The translations under genes were made by a program, and so were the position numbers. From Octopus vulgaris (lineage: Eukaryota): a stretch of DNA of 64,000 nt. Positions 60,866 to 64,000 of this stretch are shown here, piece by piece. The first letter of the stretch is position 1; each line of letters begins with the position of its first letter. The stretch lies in contig OX597816.1 in assembly GCA_951406725.2 (NCBI GenBank), positions 113,274,001-113,338,000 of the forward strand, in the 5' to 3' direction. Under the pieces are notes generated by a model. That model worked only from the letters and a program-made list of their open reading frames with translations. It was not told where the DNA came from and did no database searches.

Positions 60866-61595
60866 TATTTTGCACATAAAATCCTCTAGATTTATCACAG
60901 AATTAAGGTTTAAAAGGGGATATTCTGTGATTTGTATTTTTTCTCCCCCAATTCAAAAGTACAAAGCAATATATTTCTTTGAAGGATATTCTGAAGATTT
61001 TCAAGAGAGGAAGTCTTAAATTTTGCCAACTCTATTTATTAAAACATTAGAAGTAATATTATTTGGATAAGTAAACTAGGAGTACAAAGAAAGTAGGGTA
61101 TTCAGTAAATATTTAAATTCTTTTACTGAATATTTTGATTGCATCATTGGATCTTTCAGTTGAACACATTTCAAACAAAAATCATCTGCAAGTTATTTAA
61201 GCATAGTTTGAAACTGTTCTTGTTTCATTTTTTTTCTCCCAAATAAAACAATAACTTATTTGTAAAGATTTTTAAAACCACCTTCTTGACATTAACTGAT
61301 ATCTTTTGAAATATATAACTTCTTGATTTAAAGTAATGAATGGCAGTTGATTGCTTTTACTTATGATAAATATTATAATTGTTAATTATTAACATGTTAA
61401 AAAATTGTTTTACATGTATATCTTTGTTCAACAAGCTGTGATGTCAAATTAAATTTTATTTTTTTGTCATAAATACTTATTTTAATCTAAAAACATAAAA
61501 CTAATTCATTTAGTGAACTTAATTTTTTTTCCGGTCAATTTGCTGTCAGAAAGATAATATATAGTAAAAGTTATCAGAAACTATATATATATATA

Positions 61596-61630
<35 letters not shown>

Positions 61631-64000
61631 TACATACATACATACACACATATATATATATATAAATATATATGTATAATATTCCAGCTGCATGTTCCTT
61701 TATTAAAGAATTTTAAATTCTAATTACTTTTGATTTTTAAAATGTTTGAAATTTATATTCCTTTCTAGTTATTTGCTCTAGCGCAAAGAAAATGTGAATA
61801 TTCTTTGAAAATTAGAAAAAAATATTCTTGGCTGTTAGTAGAAAAAAGATATTTGTTATGAATTGTATGGCTTCTCCCCTCAGCCAAATCCTGCCATGAT
61901 TTCTTAATATATAACTCACTGTGATCAAGATAAGCTGTTTTGAGTATTTTCTTTTCCAAATTTGTTTTTAAATCCTTTGCAAATTAACGTAAAAGGAGAA
62001 AATTAACTATCTAAGTCTGTGCTAATTAAACCAAACCAAATGCATGTAAATTTTCATTTTTTTTTTTATCTACAAACTGTCAATTTCTTTAATCATACAC
62101 AACAGACGCAAAAATACATAGATGTGACTCCTTCTCAATGAAAATCTTTTGATTATCCTATGAAAAAAAAATCATTTAAAATAAAAGCTGTTTTTAAGAT
62201 ACTAGCTTTGCTCAGAGAAGAGATATTTGTTGACACCATATCCTTAAAGGCTAAATGAATGAATAATCTTAATTTTTGTTTTTAAATCTGCTCTCTTTGA
62301 GAATATAATAGTAAGTTGTATAGTCATGCCAAATAAAGTATTTATTTTATTACATATATGCACCAAATTGACAACAGATTATTTTCTATTTCTAGCAAAG
62401 AAAAATTTGTTCACATTTCATTTCCTTTGCTAAGTATGGAAAACTAATCTTTACATGGGGAAACTTTTGTCTTTAAAAAACTGCTAATCGAGATAAACAT
62501 ATTTAAAAAATTGTAGATTTATGGTTTATATTAAATTTATATGCCTGAACATTTATTTATTTTTTGTTTATTTTGGTGGGGTGGGGTCTTGTGTATTATA
62601 TATCAATTAGATATGATGCGAAAAACATCTTACAAACAAATCTCTACAAAATGTAGTAAAATTAATTTTGGTTTCATCTACAATAAAATATTTAGTTAGC
62701 TGGAATTATATTACGTTAATGAAGTATGGCTTACGAGAGAGACAAGACTTAACTGATTCATTACTCGATGAAAATGATCTTGAAAGAGAAAACAAAATTT
62801 CATTTCATTTTTTATTTTTACAATTACATTTAATATAGCTGTTATAAAAACAATATTTAGTCTTATTAACATTGGCAACAGAATAACAAGTCAATGATGC
62901 TAAAAAGGGAATCAAATGAATCTATTTTTATACCATTTGTATTTGATATCCTACTCTTCTGCCATTTTATTATTTGTGACCAGCTTATTTTGTTGCCTGG
63001 TTAACACAACTCTAAAGCACATACACATGTTAATATATTCTTAAAAATGGGAAATATATGTAACTCCAATGAATGTAACCTGCAGCCTGATTGTATTACT
63101 TGTAACAAAATAGAGCAGATTTTTAAACGCTAACTAAGATCAATTTCCTTGTTTAAAACAATAAACAAAAAGGTAAATTTTGTGCTTAATTTTCGTGTAC
63201 TGATGGTCTTTTATAACAAAGACCATCAAATTACTGTCTTTCAGGAGAACTGGTCTGCCTAATATCTCTTATCTTCAACAAAGTGTAGGCTGTTGCGTGA
63301 TAAACTGGTTCACAGCAGATTAGAATATATTTTATTGTTCTGTACACTACACCAATTCTTCTAACTTGCTACCAGGTAATAATGGCTCAGTTTTCTCTTG
63401 TTACAATATTTGATGAAAACAAAAAGAAGCACTCTGTATAAACAAATCTTGAGACTTGTAAAAATCCCATTCATAGCTGATAAAATTGATGTTAATTCTC
63501 TGAGTGAATCTCCAGGGTCTCTATGATACATTTTCTTAAAAGCTTTATATAAGTAAACAAGCCCATTCCATTGGTCAGATCTCGATTATAATTGTACAGT
63601 TCACATTTTTACAAAAAATATTTCAATCCTTAAAGCTAATGATCTATACGTAAAATATATATAATTAATTTATAATTCTGAATCATTGAAACCATGTCAG
63701 TAATGTTAATTTTTCAATTAAAAATTAACAATACAAGATTCCTAATATTTAAATGAAAACAGCTTACAAAACTAGTTTTCTGAAGATGAACAGATTGATC
63801 TTAAGAAAATCAAATTACTCTTTTAAAAGCTGGAGTATTTCACACGCAGCTAAATTCTCTCATAAATGAGAAATTATCCTATTGAATTATAATATAATTA
63901 TGAAATTAATTAAAATATATACTTCCTATATCTGTACATTATTTATTTTTATCATTATGCTCATGACTGAGGTTAGACATCATTGGTTTTAGGGGCAAAT
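60866..64000 (+). other. Probable long AU-rich 3' UTR; end undetermined
   Basis: Follows the stop codon and lacks the SINEs that fill the introns; AATAAA at about 61242, 62332, 62682 and 63160. Confidence 0.5.

Overview
AT-rich, intron-rich eukaryotic DNA. The SINE families, (TA)n/(CA)n/(TAA)n microsatellites and R4/Dong-like LINE remnants are typical of an octopus (coleoid cephalopod) genome; the taxon is an inference. The window holds one + strand gene, a TANC/rolling-pebbles family scaffold (P-loop NTPase, ankyrin repeats, TPR, C-terminal PDZ ligand ETAL). I reconstructed 17 GT-AG exons between 15246 and 60865 whose phases all fit, giving about 1310 aa from the ATG at 15248; more 5' exons may lie outside the window. 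The clearest unexplained structure is a 76-nt inverted copy (69/76 identical) of coding exon 12, sitting inside a SINE in intron 7, 5.9 kb upstream in the same pre-mRNA. It could act as a newly born editing-complementary sequence (ECS). Several other exons are flanked by degenerate, colinear complements of themselves, some placing A:C mismatches at recoding-type adenosines, and many departures from family consensus can be restored by A-to-G. Together these suggest an exon-by-exon dsRNA scaffold for ADAR recoding. The degenerate pairings were aligned by eye and need statistical controls.
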